A stretch of 64,000 nucleotides of DNA from Candidatus Daviesbacteria bacterium. Lineage in GTDB: Bacteria > Patescibacteriota > Microgenomatia > Daviesbacterales > UBA10151. Shown here one piece after another: positions 34,977 to 44,290 of the stretch. The stretch lies in the NCBI GenBank assembly GCA_016184225.1, contig JACPDA010000004.1, positions 343,927 to 407,926 of the forward strand, written 5' to 3'. The notes under the pieces are model-generated. The model searched no databases, was not told the DNA's origin, and worked only from the letters and a program-made list of their open reading frames with translations. Numbering within the stretch: position 1 is the stretch's first letter; each line of letters opens with the position of its first letter. The position numbers and the translations under genes are program-made.

Positions 34977-37151
34977 ATGAATACGCGTGCTTTGTCTGTT
35001 TTTTTCCCCTGCATTAATGAAGAGGGCAACCTTGAAAATACTGTTCAAAAAGCAGAAGAAGTATTGAAAGAATTAAAAATTAAATATGAGATTATTATAA
35101 TTAATGACGGTTCAACAGATTCTACAGGAAAGATTGCAGATAAACTGGTCCGGGAAAATCCTAATATCAGGGTTATCCATCATCCTAAAAATTTAGGTTA
35201 TGGAGAAGCTTTAAAATCAGGTTTTTATAACGTCCGATATGACACCATAGTTTATACAGATGGAGATGGGCAATTTGATTTTTCTGAAGTGACGAAGTTT
35301 TTGGAAAAAATTAAAGATCACGATGTGGTGATAGGCTACAGAATAAGACGACAGGATTCTTTCTTAAGGAGGCTATTCGGTAAAGGATGGAGGTTAACAC
35401 TGCGTTTTATTTTTGGTCTAACTTTAAAGGATGTGGATTGTGGGTTTAAGATGGTTAAAAGATCTGTGTTGGAAAAAATATCCCATCTTGAGTCTCAAAG
35501 AGGAGCTATGATTAATGCAGAGTTGGCAATCAAGGCTAAGAAGATGGGTTTCCTGATTGGACAGGTTGGGGTTAATCATTATCCCAGACTGAGTGGTAGA
35601 CCGACCGGGGCAAGTTTAAGAGTGATAGTTAAGTCGTTTGCGGATCTTTTAAAGCTTTGGTGGAAATTAAAAGACCAAAAGTTGTTATTTATTCTGCTGC
35701 TGATCGTATTGGCGCTAGCAGTATTCTTAAGGTTCTATAGACTCTCAGAGTATATGACGTTTCTGGGAGATGAGGGGCGGGATGCAATTGTTATCAAGAA
35801 TATGTTGGTGGGTTATCATTTCCCTTTGATAGGACCCCCTACTTCCGTAGGTAATATTTATCTGGGCCCGCTTTATTACTATATGATGGCTGTTCCTATG
35901 GCAATTTTTTGGCTTAACCCTGTGGCGGCAGCCGGGATGAATGCTTTCTTAGGAGTAATGACAGTAGCTTTTATTTATTATCTTGGCAAACAGTGGTTTG
36001 GCAGCGTCTCAGGTCTTATAGCAGCTTACCTATATGCCATATCTCCTGTGACAATTGCTTATTCCAGATCTTCCTGGAATCCTAATCCGGCCCCCTTTTT
36101 TGCTTTGATTGCTATTTTCAGTTTGCATAAATTACATCAAACAGGTAACTTTTTATGGTTGGCTCTTACAGGTTTAGCAGTGGGAGCAGCATTACAGATG
36201 CACTATCTGGCTGCAATTTTAATACCGATTGTTGGTCTAATTTGGCTTTATGAAGTTTTTTCCAGAAAAAACAAAAAATTAAATACCAAAAAGTTATTTA
36301 GTGGCACATCACTAGGTTTATTTTCTTTTATGATGATGATGTCCCCGCTTGTTTGGTTTGATTTAAGACATAATTTTTTAAATTACCGGGCAATTATTGA
36401 GCTATTCAGCAGTGGTAATGCGGTAAATACCGATATTTCGGCAAATATTGCCAGAACCCCTTTGCTTTATACATATAATTTAATCGGTAGATACATAGCA
36501 GCAGAGAATCTTTATTTAATGATAATTGTATCTTTGTTGGTTATTACGGCAGCGGTATACAGATTTTCATACTGGCCAAAAATAATTTTGGGTATCTGGT
36601 TAATAGTGGGATTATTAGGACTTACTTTTTATCAGCAAAATATTTACGATCACTACCTAGGTTTTATGAACCCTGTACCGTTTCTGCTCTTGGGGGCAAC
36701 GGCCCTTTTTGCATCCAATATATCTGGTAAAAAAAGATGGGTAATAAATGGTGCATTGGTAATCTTGGTGCTAGTTTTGACAGCAGTTAATTTACAAAAA
36801 AGCCCTCTTTCATCTTCTCCAAATAACCAGCTGAAAAGGACACAGGATATTGCCAAATTCATTATTAATCAGACCGACGGTAAGGATTTTAATTTTGCCT
36901 TAATCGCTAAAAATAACTATGATTCGGCTTATCAATTTTATTTGGATCGATACGGCCACAAGCCAAAACAGGTTCCGTTTGATAAAACCGAACAGTTGTT
37001 TGTGATCTGCGAAGATTCGGTTTGTGACCCTACCCACAATGCTAAATACGAGATTGCCGCCTTTGGTATGTCAAAAATTGAATGGGAGAGAAATCTTTAT
37101 GGAGTTAAAATATATAAGCTTGTCGATAACCCATCCGGAAAGCCACAATGA
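34977..37151 (+). CDS. Fusion of a polyprenol-P-sugar synthase GT2 and a GT-C (ArnT/PMT-like) transferase
   Basis: N-terminal FFPCINEE, NDGSTD, YTDGDGQ, DVDCGFK. C-terminal FLGDEGRD, GPLYYY, SWNPNP and multiple TM segments. Confidence 0.9.
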   Translation: MNTRALSVFFPCINEEGNLENTVQKAEEVLKELKIKYEIIIINDGSTDSTGKIADKLVRENPNIRVIHHPKNLGYGEALKSGFYNVRYDTIVYTDGDGQFDFSEVTKFLEKIKDHDVVIGYRIRRQDSFLRRLFGKGWRLTLRFIFGLTLKDVDCGFKMVKRSVLEKISHLESQRGAMINAELAIKAKKMGFLIGQVGVNHYPRLSGRPTGASLRVIVKSFADLLKLWWKLKDQKLLFILLLIVLALAVFLRFYRLSEYMTFLGDEGRDAIVIKNMLVGYHFPLIGPPTSVGNIYLGPLYYYMMAVPMAIFWLNPVAAAGMNAFLGVMTVAFIYYLGKQWFGSVSGLIAAYLYAISPVTIAYSRSSWNPNPAPFFALIAIFSLHKLHQTGNFLWLALTGLAVGAALQMHYLAAILIPIVGLIWLYEVFSRKNKKLNTKKLFSGTSLGLFSFMMMMSPLVWFDLRHNFLNYRAIIELFSSGNAVNTDISANIARTPLLYTYNLIGRYIAAENLYLMIIVSLLVITAAVYRFSYWPKIILGIWLIVGLLGLTFYQQNIYDHYLGFMNPVPFLLLGATALFASNISGKKRWVINGALVILVLVLTAVNLQKSPLSSSPNNQLKRTQDIAKFIINQTDGKDFNFALIAKNNYDSAYQFYLDRYGHKPKQVPFDKTEQLFVICEDSVCDPTHNAKYEIAAFGMSKIEWERNLYGVKIYKLVDNPSGKPQ

Positions 37152-37885
37152 AAAAACTTTCAGTAGTAATACCAGCTTATAATGAAGAACGTAATCTAAA
37201 AAGAGGAGTCTTAGATGAGGTAAAAAACTTTTTAGAAAAAATAGGTTTAGAATATGAAGTAATCATAGTGGATGACGGGTCCACAGACCAAACGAAAAAA
37301 ATTATTAAAGAGTATATAGCTAACAATAAAAAATTTAAGTTAATTGAAAATTCACATGGAGGGAAAGCGCTAGCTGTCATGACAGGAATGCTAGTAGGGG
37401 AGGGCGAGATAATCCTCTTTACTGATATGGATCAGGCAACACCAATAACCCAAATTGAAAAATTTAACCCTAAGTTTGAAGAGGGGGTAGATATCGTAAT
37501 CGGTTCAAGAAATGGTAGGAAAGGAGCACCGCTAATCAGGAAATTATCTGCCTGGGGATTTTCATTTCTTCGTGGAATGATTTTAGGATTACCTTTTAAG
37601 GATACCCAATGCGGATTTAAAGCATTCAGCAAGATGGCAGTCGATAAAATTATTCCTAAAATAAAAAGTGAGTGGGGAGTGGTACATTTTAAGGGCGGGG
37701 CAGTTAATGCCGGGTTTGATGTGGAGCTTTTATATTTGGCCAAAAAATATGGCTTTCAGATTGCTGAAGTTCCGGTGGAATGGAAATATGTAGATACGGA
37801 AAGGGTACAGGTGGTTAAAGATGCCTTAGCAGCGGTCTACGACATGTTTAGAATTAGGTGGAATGACTTATTGGGTAAATATTGA
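37148..37885 (+). CDS. Polyprenyl-phosphate beta-glucosyltransferase-like GT2 (Alg5/DPG type)
   Basis: SVVIPAYNEE, VDDGSTD, FTDMDQATP, DTQCGFKAF, FDVELL, EVPVEW. Confidence 0.9.
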   Translation: MKKLSVVIPAYNEERNLKRGVLDEVKNFLEKIGLEYEVIIVDDGSTDQTKKIIKEYIANNKKFKLIENSHGGKALAVMTGMLVGEGEIILFTDMDQATPITQIEKFNPKFEEGVDIVIGSRNGRKGAPLIRKLSAWGFSFLRGMILGLPFKDTQCGFKAFSKMAVDKIIPKIKSEWGVVHFKGGAVNAGFDVELLYLAKKYGFQIAEVPVEWKYVDTERVQVVKDALAAVYDMFRIRWNDLLGKY

Positions 37886-37928
37886 TATCTCTGGACAATT
37901 TGAGCCGTGAAGTTGGTATAATGTTAGA

Positions 37929-39449
37929 GTGAATTATTTAGTTGGACACCGCAAAGAGGTATTTATTCTAGTCGGCTTAGCAGCACTTTATTTTCTTTTA
38001 AGAGTACCTAATTTGACTTCGCAGCCTATCTTTGCGGACGAGGCTATTTATATCAGATGGGCACAAGTGATGAGGGCTGAACAAACGCTTCGATTTTTGC
38101 CTTTATCTGATGGTAAAACTCCTCTATTTATGTGGACGATGATTCCGCTTTTTAAATTTTTTTCCGATCCGCTTTTTGCCGGAAGATTTTTATCCGTAGT
38201 CGCTGGTTTTTTTACTTTTTTAGGGGTTTTCTTTTTATCAAAAAGGGTTTTTAATACCCGGAGCGCTTTATGGGCTACCTTGCTTTATGTGATTACTCCT
38301 TATACTGTTTTTTTTGACAGGATGGCTTTAGTAGATTCTATGCTTGCCGCCTTTACGGTTTGGGTAGTCTTTTTTGCAATTTGGTTAGTCAGTAGCTTAA
38401 GGTTGGACGTTTCCATGATATTAGGTTACTTACTTGGTGGCGCTGTTTTAACCAAAACACCCGGCATGTTGAATCTTTTTTTGCTGCCCCTGACGATAAT
38501 GGGATTCAAAAACAAAGGAGGAAGTCATACTTTGGTGAAACTGGCAATCTTATGGGGTGCGGCAGTGGTAATTGCCCTTGCAATGTATAACCTCTTACGG
38601 TTGGGTCCAAATTTTCAGCTGTTATCTTCAAGGAATGCGGATTATGTTTTTTCTCCCTTTGAGCTTATAGGCAGACCATTGGATCCATTTATTCCTCACT
38701 TTAACGACATTGCTGACTGGTTTCCCAAGCTTTTTACCTGGCCGATTTTACTCACGGTTTTAATGGGGATAATTTATGTTTTATTTGGGATTTGGCAACA
38801 ATCTTTTAGGGGACAGGCCTTATTGGGCGGGATAATTTTACTTTGGGCAATTATTCCTTTGCTTTTAAATATGGCGTTCCTTAGGACTTTTACGGCCCGC
38901 TACCTTTTATCATCAGTTCCCCTACTGCTCGTAATTGCAGGATTTGGAGTAACTAAGCTACTGCCAAGGTTTGCATACATAAAGCGATTTCCAGTAGTAC
39001 TTATGTTAATAGTTCTTTTGCCACTTCCTTTATATTTTGATTTTTCTTTATTAATTTCGCCGACTAAGGCACCTTTACCAAAAGAAGAAAGAAAAGGATA
39101 TTTTGAGGATTGGACGGCAGGTTATGGTTTTGCCGATATCGCAAAGTTCCTTTCAGAAAAAAGTAAAGAGAGGAGGATTGTCTTGGGGACGGAGGGTTTT
39201 TTTGGAACACTACCTGATGGAATACAAATTTATTTGGATAAATCAAATATAGCAATTGTCGGCAGTAGTGCTACAATTTCGGCTCAAATTAGAAATGCTG
39301 CCAAAGACAATTTAACTTTTTTCCTTGGTAATAAAAGAAATTTGGAAGGAAGTATAAAAGATGCGGTGTTAATCAAAGAATATCCTAAATTCAAAAGTTT
39401 GGAAACTGACACGCAAGACGCTACGGTTTTATATCAAGTACTGCCTTAA
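37929..39449 (+). CDS. GT-C-fold membrane glycosyltransferase
   Basis: PIFADEAIY, DGKTPLF, FFDRMAL.DS, multiple TM segments. GTG start 6 nt after TGgTATAAT. Confidence 0.85.
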   Translation: MNYLVGHRKEVFILVGLAALYFLLRVPNLTSQPIFADEAIYIRWAQVMRAEQTLRFLPLSDGKTPLFMWTMIPLFKFFSDPLFAGRFLSVVAGFFTFLGVFFLSKRVFNTRSALWATLLYVITPYTVFFDRMALVDSMLAAFTVWVVFFAIWLVSSLRLDVSMILGYLLGGAVLTKTPGMLNLFLLPLTIMGFKNKGGSHTLVKLAILWGAAVVIALAMYNLLRLGPNFQLLSSRNADYVFSPFELIGRPLDPFIPHFNDIADWFPKLFTWPILLTVLMGIIYVLFGIWQQSFRGQALLGGIILLWAIIPLLLNMAFLRTFTARYLLSSVPLLLVIAGFGVTKLLPRFAYIKRFPVVLMLIVLLPLPLYFDFSLLISPTKAPLPKEERKGYFEDWTAGYGFADIAKFLSEKSKERRIVLGTEGFFGTLPDGIQIYLDKSNIAIVGSSATISAQIRNAAKDNLTFFLGNKRNLEGSIKDAVLIKEYPKFKSLETDTQDATVLYQVLP

Positions 39450-39458
39450 AAAGGACTT

Positions 39459-41102
39459 ATGAAGAAAGTGCTACTGATCCCATTGATTATAATTGTTCTG
39501 GTCTTGCCTACTCTATTACCCCTTTTTAACGAGAGATTTTTTTACACCCAGGATTATATTTTTATTGCAAGACTGCAACAGATGAGTACGGCCTTATCCT
39601 CTGGGCAATTTCCGGTTAGATGGGCACCGGATTTAAGGTATGGAGAACCCCTTTTTAACTTTTATGCACCACTACCTTATTATATAGGGTCAGCTATTCA
39701 TCTGTTGGGTTTTAATTTCATTTGGGTAGCTAAGATCCTCTTTATACTCTCAAGTCTGCTATCTGCCGCTACTATGTATCTTTTGGCGAATAAACTATTT
39801 GGCCGAAAAGCCGGGTTATTGGCAGCTACCTTATATACATATGCTCCATATCGGGCAGTGGATATGTATGTTAGAGGATCATTATCTGAAACTTGGGCTT
39901 TTGTGTTTTTTCCATTGATTTTTTATGCATCAATATTGTTATCGCAAAAAGAGACTCTTAAAAATATTTCTCTTGTGGCGCTTTCCCTGGCCGGGCTTTT
40001 TTTAACGCATAATGTCACAACTTTAATGTTTTTACCCTTTCTTGGTTTATGGTGGATCTACTTAATATTACGGGAAAGGAAATTGAAGATTGTTTTGTAC
40101 TTAAGTTTAGCATCCATCCTAGGGTTTGGGATAGCAGCTTTTTTCTTATTGCCTGCTTTTTTTGAAAATGGTTTTATTCAAACAAAATATTTAACAGTGG
40201 GTTATTTTAATTTTAGAGCACACTTTGTAGCTTATAAGCAATTTCTTTCTTTGTTTTGGGGATACGGATCCTCGGTTTGGGGACCGACTGATGGTTTATC
40301 TTTCCAAATAGGGTTAGCCAATTTAACAGTTTTGGCGGCAGCTGCTATCTTGGCAGTCTTGCATAGAACGGAAAAAAAGCTTTTGGGACTATTTTCATTG
40401 TTGGGTATAAGCTTTGTGCTTTCGATATTTTTGCAGCATAATAAATCAGCTTTTATTTGGGAAGCCATACCGGAAATGGCTTTTATTCAATTCCCCTGGA
40501 GGTTTTTAGGAATATCTGTTTTTATCATTGCATTAACGGGTGGGGCGGTCGCCGTTTATCTGAAAAAAAGATTACTGCCTTTTTATTTTATCTTAATAAT
40601 TGCCGGAACTATTTCAACTTTAATGTATTTTAAGCCAAAAGAATATTCGGATAATAGTTTTTTTGACAAGTTTTTACAAATAGAGATGATGCATAGGGGT
40701 GTTGATTTAACAAAAGATTACTTGCCGATTTGGGTGCAGAATACGGATGGTGAAAGATTTGATGAGCCCCGTGCGAATGAAGGGGAAATTTTAGTCTCAA
40801 GTTTAAAAAGAAACTCAACAAGTCTTAGCTTTTCTGCAGACGTTTTATCTAAAAGTTTAATTGAGGTACCTATTAGTTATTTTCCCGGTTGGCAGGTTAA
40901 AGCTGGTAACCAAGATGTTTCTATCCTGCCCCCATCTAATACGGGACTAATTAGGTTTAAGCTTCCTGAAGGAGCGTATAAAGTAAGGGTAGAGTTGGTA
41001 GATACTCCTATTAGAACTGTTGGCAATATAATATCGGTAGCATCGATTTTATTGGTATTTTTTATGCTCTTAAAATTCTTTCCTAAGAAGAAGGCTTTAT
41101 GA
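39459..41102 (+). CDS. Membrane protein, PTPS-related/YfhO-like GT-C family
   Basis: GQFPVRWAPDL.YGEPLFNFYAPL, YAPYR..D.YVRG, QFPWRFL, YFPGW. Confidence 0.8.
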   Translation: MKKVLLIPLIIIVLVLPTLLPLFNERFFYTQDYIFIARLQQMSTALSSGQFPVRWAPDLRYGEPLFNFYAPLPYYIGSAIHLLGFNFIWVAKILFILSSLLSAATMYLLANKLFGRKAGLLAATLYTYAPYRAVDMYVRGSLSETWAFVFFPLIFYASILLSQKETLKNISLVALSLAGLFLTHNVTTLMFLPFLGLWWIYLILRERKLKIVLYLSLASILGFGIAAFFLLPAFFENGFIQTKYLTVGYFNFRAHFVAYKQFLSLFWGYGSSVWGPTDGLSFQIGLANLTVLAAAAILAVLHRTEKKLLGLFSLLGISFVLSIFLQHNKSAFIWEAIPEMAFIQFPWRFLGISVFIIALTGGAVAVYLKKRLLPFYFILIIAGTISTLMYFKPKEYSDNSFFDKFLQIEMMHRGVDLTKDYLPIWVQNTDGERFDEPRANEGEILVSSLKRNSTSLSFSADVLSKSLIEVPISYFPGWQVKAGNQDVSILPPSNTGLIRFKLPEGAYKVRVELVDTPIRTVGNIISVASILLVFFMLLKFFPKKKAL

Positions 41103-42808
41103 AAAAATTTCTTTTTTCCCATATTTACTTTTTGGTCGGGTTGTTGCTAACTTTGAGTTTACTCTGGCCCCTTTTTTTAAGTCCCTATTTTACACACCAT
41201 GATGATGTCCAGGTAATTAGACTTTATGAAATGGACAAATGTTTTAAGGATTATCAGATTCCCTGCCGTTGGGTACCGGATTTAGGAGGACTATACGGAT
41301 ACCCGATTTTTAATTATTATGCACCACTACCTTATTACTTTGGGGAACTTATCTACTTGCTGACTAATAGTTTACTGATTTCGGCAAAGGTAATGTTTGC
41401 CGTCAGCTTCATGGGAGCTTTTTTATTTATGTACCTTTTTGCATCAAAGCTTTGGGGCAAAAGAGGCGGTGGTATAGCCGCTATCTTTTATAGTTTTGCA
41501 CCCTATCATGCGTTGGATTTTTATGTCAGAGGCGCAATGGGTGAGATGTGGGCTTTGATGCTGCTGCCGGCGGTTTTGTGGGCTGCCATTAGGTTGGAAG
41601 AGAAATTAAGTATTACTAATTTATTACTTTTTGGGGTTTTTATCGCAACAGTTATCACTGCTCACAATCTTTCAGCCATGATTTTCCTACCCATTATGAT
41701 TTTATGGATAATTTTGTTATTTTTCAAAAGAATGAATTATCATTTCCTCTGGTTTAGCCTTTCTTCTCTTCTGTTGGGATTTATGTTATCTGCATTTTAC
41801 ATCCTGCCGATGCTTGGGGAGAAAGACTTAGTTCATGTTGACACAACCACTTCCGGATACTTTTCTTACACAGAGCATTTTAAGGGATTTAGGAAATTAT
41901 TTTTAGATAGGAGCTGGGAATATGGTTCCTCAATCAGAGAAGTTCCGGGAGGAGAAAGAGATAGGCTTTCTTATCAAATCGGTTGGGTACATCTTCTGGG
42001 TTGGTTGTTTGCCGGTATTGCTGCTATAGGTTTTTGGAAGAAAAACAGGTGGGTAAGTATAGTCCTGATAATATTTTCTATGTTAACTATGTTGTCTATC
42101 TTTTTGATTCACCCCCGGTCTGAATTTATCTGGAAAGCTATTGAGCCCTTAAAGTATTTGCAATTTCCCTGGCGGTTCTTGATTCTTGTAATATTTTTTG
42201 TTTCGCTTTTGTCAGGTAGCCTCTTTAAACTGGACTTCAAATATAGAAATTTATTGTGGATTACGTTAGTTTTTGCAGTTGTTACCCTAAACTTTCCTTA
42301 TTTCAGGCCGGAAAAATTTATACAGACAAATGATCAAAAATTACTCAGCGGTATCGACTTTGACAGACAAATCAAACGGTCTATTTTTGATTACCTGCCT
42401 ATATACGCAAAAGAGCCACCTGCAGAGCTGGCAACTGAAAGGTATCAAATATTAACTGGTGAGAGTAGAGTCTATGATTTTAATGAGGGTACAAATTGGA
42501 TTACATTTAAAACGGAAACACTCGCACACACCATTATTCGTTTATCGCAATATTATTTTCCCAGCTGGAAGATATATGTTGACGGTAAAGAGACTGCAGT
42601 GGAATACAAGGATAACAGTTTAGGATTAATGACTTTTATCTTAGGGAAGGGAAATCATGAAATTATGGCAAGGCTTTATGATACCCCGATTAGATCTGTA
42701 GGCAACTTGATAACTTTAGTAGGGATTGTAGTAAGTGCAGTACTTTTTTTAATATCTTTCGAAAAAGTGAGAAAAGGTATCAGGTATTACAGTAAAAGGA
42801 TGCACTAA
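41099..42808 (+). CDS. Membrane protein, PTPS-related/YfhO-like GT-C family; tandem paralog of the previous gene
   Basis: RWVPDL...GYPIFNYYAPL, APYH..D.YVRG, QFPWRFL, YFPSW. Confidence 0.8.
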   Translation: MKKFLFSHIYFLVGLLLTLSLLWPLFLSPYFTHHDDVQVIRLYEMDKCFKDYQIPCRWVPDLGGLYGYPIFNYYAPLPYYFGELIYLLTNSLLISAKVMFAVSFMGAFLFMYLFASKLWGKRGGGIAAIFYSFAPYHALDFYVRGAMGEMWALMLLPAVLWAAIRLEEKLSITNLLLFGVFIATVITAHNLSAMIFLPIMILWIILLFFKRMNYHFLWFSLSSLLLGFMLSAFYILPMLGEKDLVHVDTTTSGYFSYTEHFKGFRKLFLDRSWEYGSSIREVPGGERDRLSYQIGWVHLLGWLFAGIAAIGFWKKNRWVSIVLIIFSMLTMLSIFLIHPRSEFIWKAIEPLKYLQFPWRFLILVIFFVSLLSGSLFKLDFKYRNLLWITLVFAVVTLNFPYFRPEKFIQTNDQKLLSGIDFDRQIKRSIFDYLPIYAKEPPAELATERYQILTGESRVYDFNEGTNWITFKTETLAHTIIRLSQYYFPSWKIYVDGKETAVEYKDNSLGLMTFILGKGNHEIMARLYDTPIRSVGNLITLVGIVVSAVLFLISFEKVRKGIRYYSKRMH

Positions 42809-42811
42809 AAT

Positions 42812-44290
42812 ATGGATGAAAGTGTTGAGCAATTAGATCCGACAGAAGAGAAATTAACCGCGGAAAAAATTAAAAAGAAGGCTATCAAGGGCGCAGCAAT
42901 ATTAACGGGTAGGATGGCTCTCATGCGGCCTATCGACTTTTTTTCCATGGCATTACTAACGGCTTTTCTTAATCCTGCTGAGTTTGGAATTTATTTTGTC
43001 GTTTTAGCAATTAAGAATTTCCTGGCCTATTTTAGCGATATTGGTTTTGCCGCTGCATTAATTCAAAAGAAGGAACAATTAACTGAATTAGAATTAAAGA
43101 CAATTTTTACAGCTCAGCAAATCCTGGTGTTAATCATTATAATAGTAGGTTTTATATTGACTCCATTAATAAAGAGTATCTATCATTTAAATGATGCAGG
43201 ATTATTTTTATACTGGGTATTATTATTTTCTTTACTTCTTTCCTCGCTAAAAACGATTCCTTCTGTATTATTGGAACGAAAATTAGAATTTGGTAAATGG
43301 GTATTTCCTCAAATAATTGAGACAATTATTTTTAATATAGTTGTAGTTTTTCTGGCTTGGAAAGGTTTTGGGGTCACCAGTTATACAGTAGCCGTACTCC
43401 TTTCAGGAGTAGCTGGACTTTTTCTCATATATCTCATCAAGCCTTGGCTACCGGGAGTTGCTTTTTCAATCTCTGCATTTAAATCAATATTAAAATTTGG
43501 TATGCCTTACCAGGCAAATACTTTGTTGGCTATGGTTAAAGATGACGGGATGATTCTTTTCTTGGGAGGTTTGATTGGACCTGTCGGGGTCGGCCTTTTG
43601 GGATGGGCACAAAAATGGGCCTATGCTCCCTTACGGTTTTTTATGGATCAGGTAATTAAAGTGACTTTCCCGGCATTTTCCCGTTTGCAGGATAACAGAA
43701 AAGAACTATCTAATCTGGTATCAAAATCTATCTTCTTTGTCTGCCTTTTAGTTTTTCCTGCTTTAGTAATGCTGGTTTTGCTGGCGCCTACTTTGGTAGC
43801 CATTATCCCTAAATATATTAAGTGGAGTCCGGCCTTGTTTGCGCTGTCAGTCCTAACTATTACATCAGCTTTAGCTGCAATCACCACTCCTTTAACCAAT
43901 ACCTTAAATGCCATTGGTAAAATTAATTTAACTTTTAAGCTTATGATTATGTGGACAGTATTAACCTGGATATTTGTACCGGCTCTTTCTTATATTTACG
44001 GCATAAATGGTGCGGCAGTGGGTTTTACTCTGGTGGGATTAAGTTCTGTTGTAGCTTTATACTTGGTCGCAAAACATGTGGACATTGATTATCTGCAAAG
44101 CGTTGGCAAGCCTTTGCTGGCTGCAGTTTTAATGGGGCTTTCTGTATTTATCATTAGAAATCTTCTTTCCGTTTCATTTCAGCAGGTTGCAGTGATGGTG
44201 TTAACAGGCTTGATAGCTTACTGGACAATGATCTTTTTGCTTGAACCTAAGCTTGTGTCTTTAATTAAAAACCAATTTATAAAGAAATAA
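42812..44290 (+). CDS. wzx: Wzx/PST-family oligosaccharide flippase
   Basis: L.PAEFG, FSDIGFAAALIQK, LLERKLEF, VTFPAFSRLQ; about 12-14 TM segments. Confidence 0.9.
   Translation: MDESVEQLDPTEEKLTAEKIKKKAIKGAAILTGRMALMRPIDFFSMALLTAFLNPAEFGIYFVVLAIKNFLAYFSDIGFAAALIQKKEQLTELELKTIFTAQQILVLIIIIVGFILTPLIKSIYHLNDAGLFLYWVLLFSLLLSSLKTIPSVLLERKLEFGKWVFPQIIETIIFNIVVVFLAWKGFGVTSYTVAVLLSGVAGLFLIYLIKPWLPGVAFSISAFKSILKFGMPYQANTLLAMVKDDGMILFLGGLIGPVGVGLLGWAQKWAYAPLRFFMDQVIKVTFPAFSRLQDNRKELSNLVSKSIFFVCLLVFPALVMLVLLAPTLVAIIPKYIKWSPALFALSVLTITSALAAITTPLTNTLNAIGKINLTFKLMIMWTVLTWIFVPALSYIYGINGAAVGFTLVGLSSVVALYLVAKHVDIDYLQSVGKPLLAAVLMGLSVFIIRNLLSVSFQQVAVMVLTGLIAYWTMIFLLEPKLVSLIKNQFIKK

Noticed and set aside
39660-41340. 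About 21-bp identical stretch (TTATGCACCACTACCTTATTA) in two adjacent genes
   Set aside because: It encodes the conserved YAPLPYY motif of tandem paralogs. It is not a mobile repeat or a diversity-generating retroelement template, and no reverse transcriptase is present.
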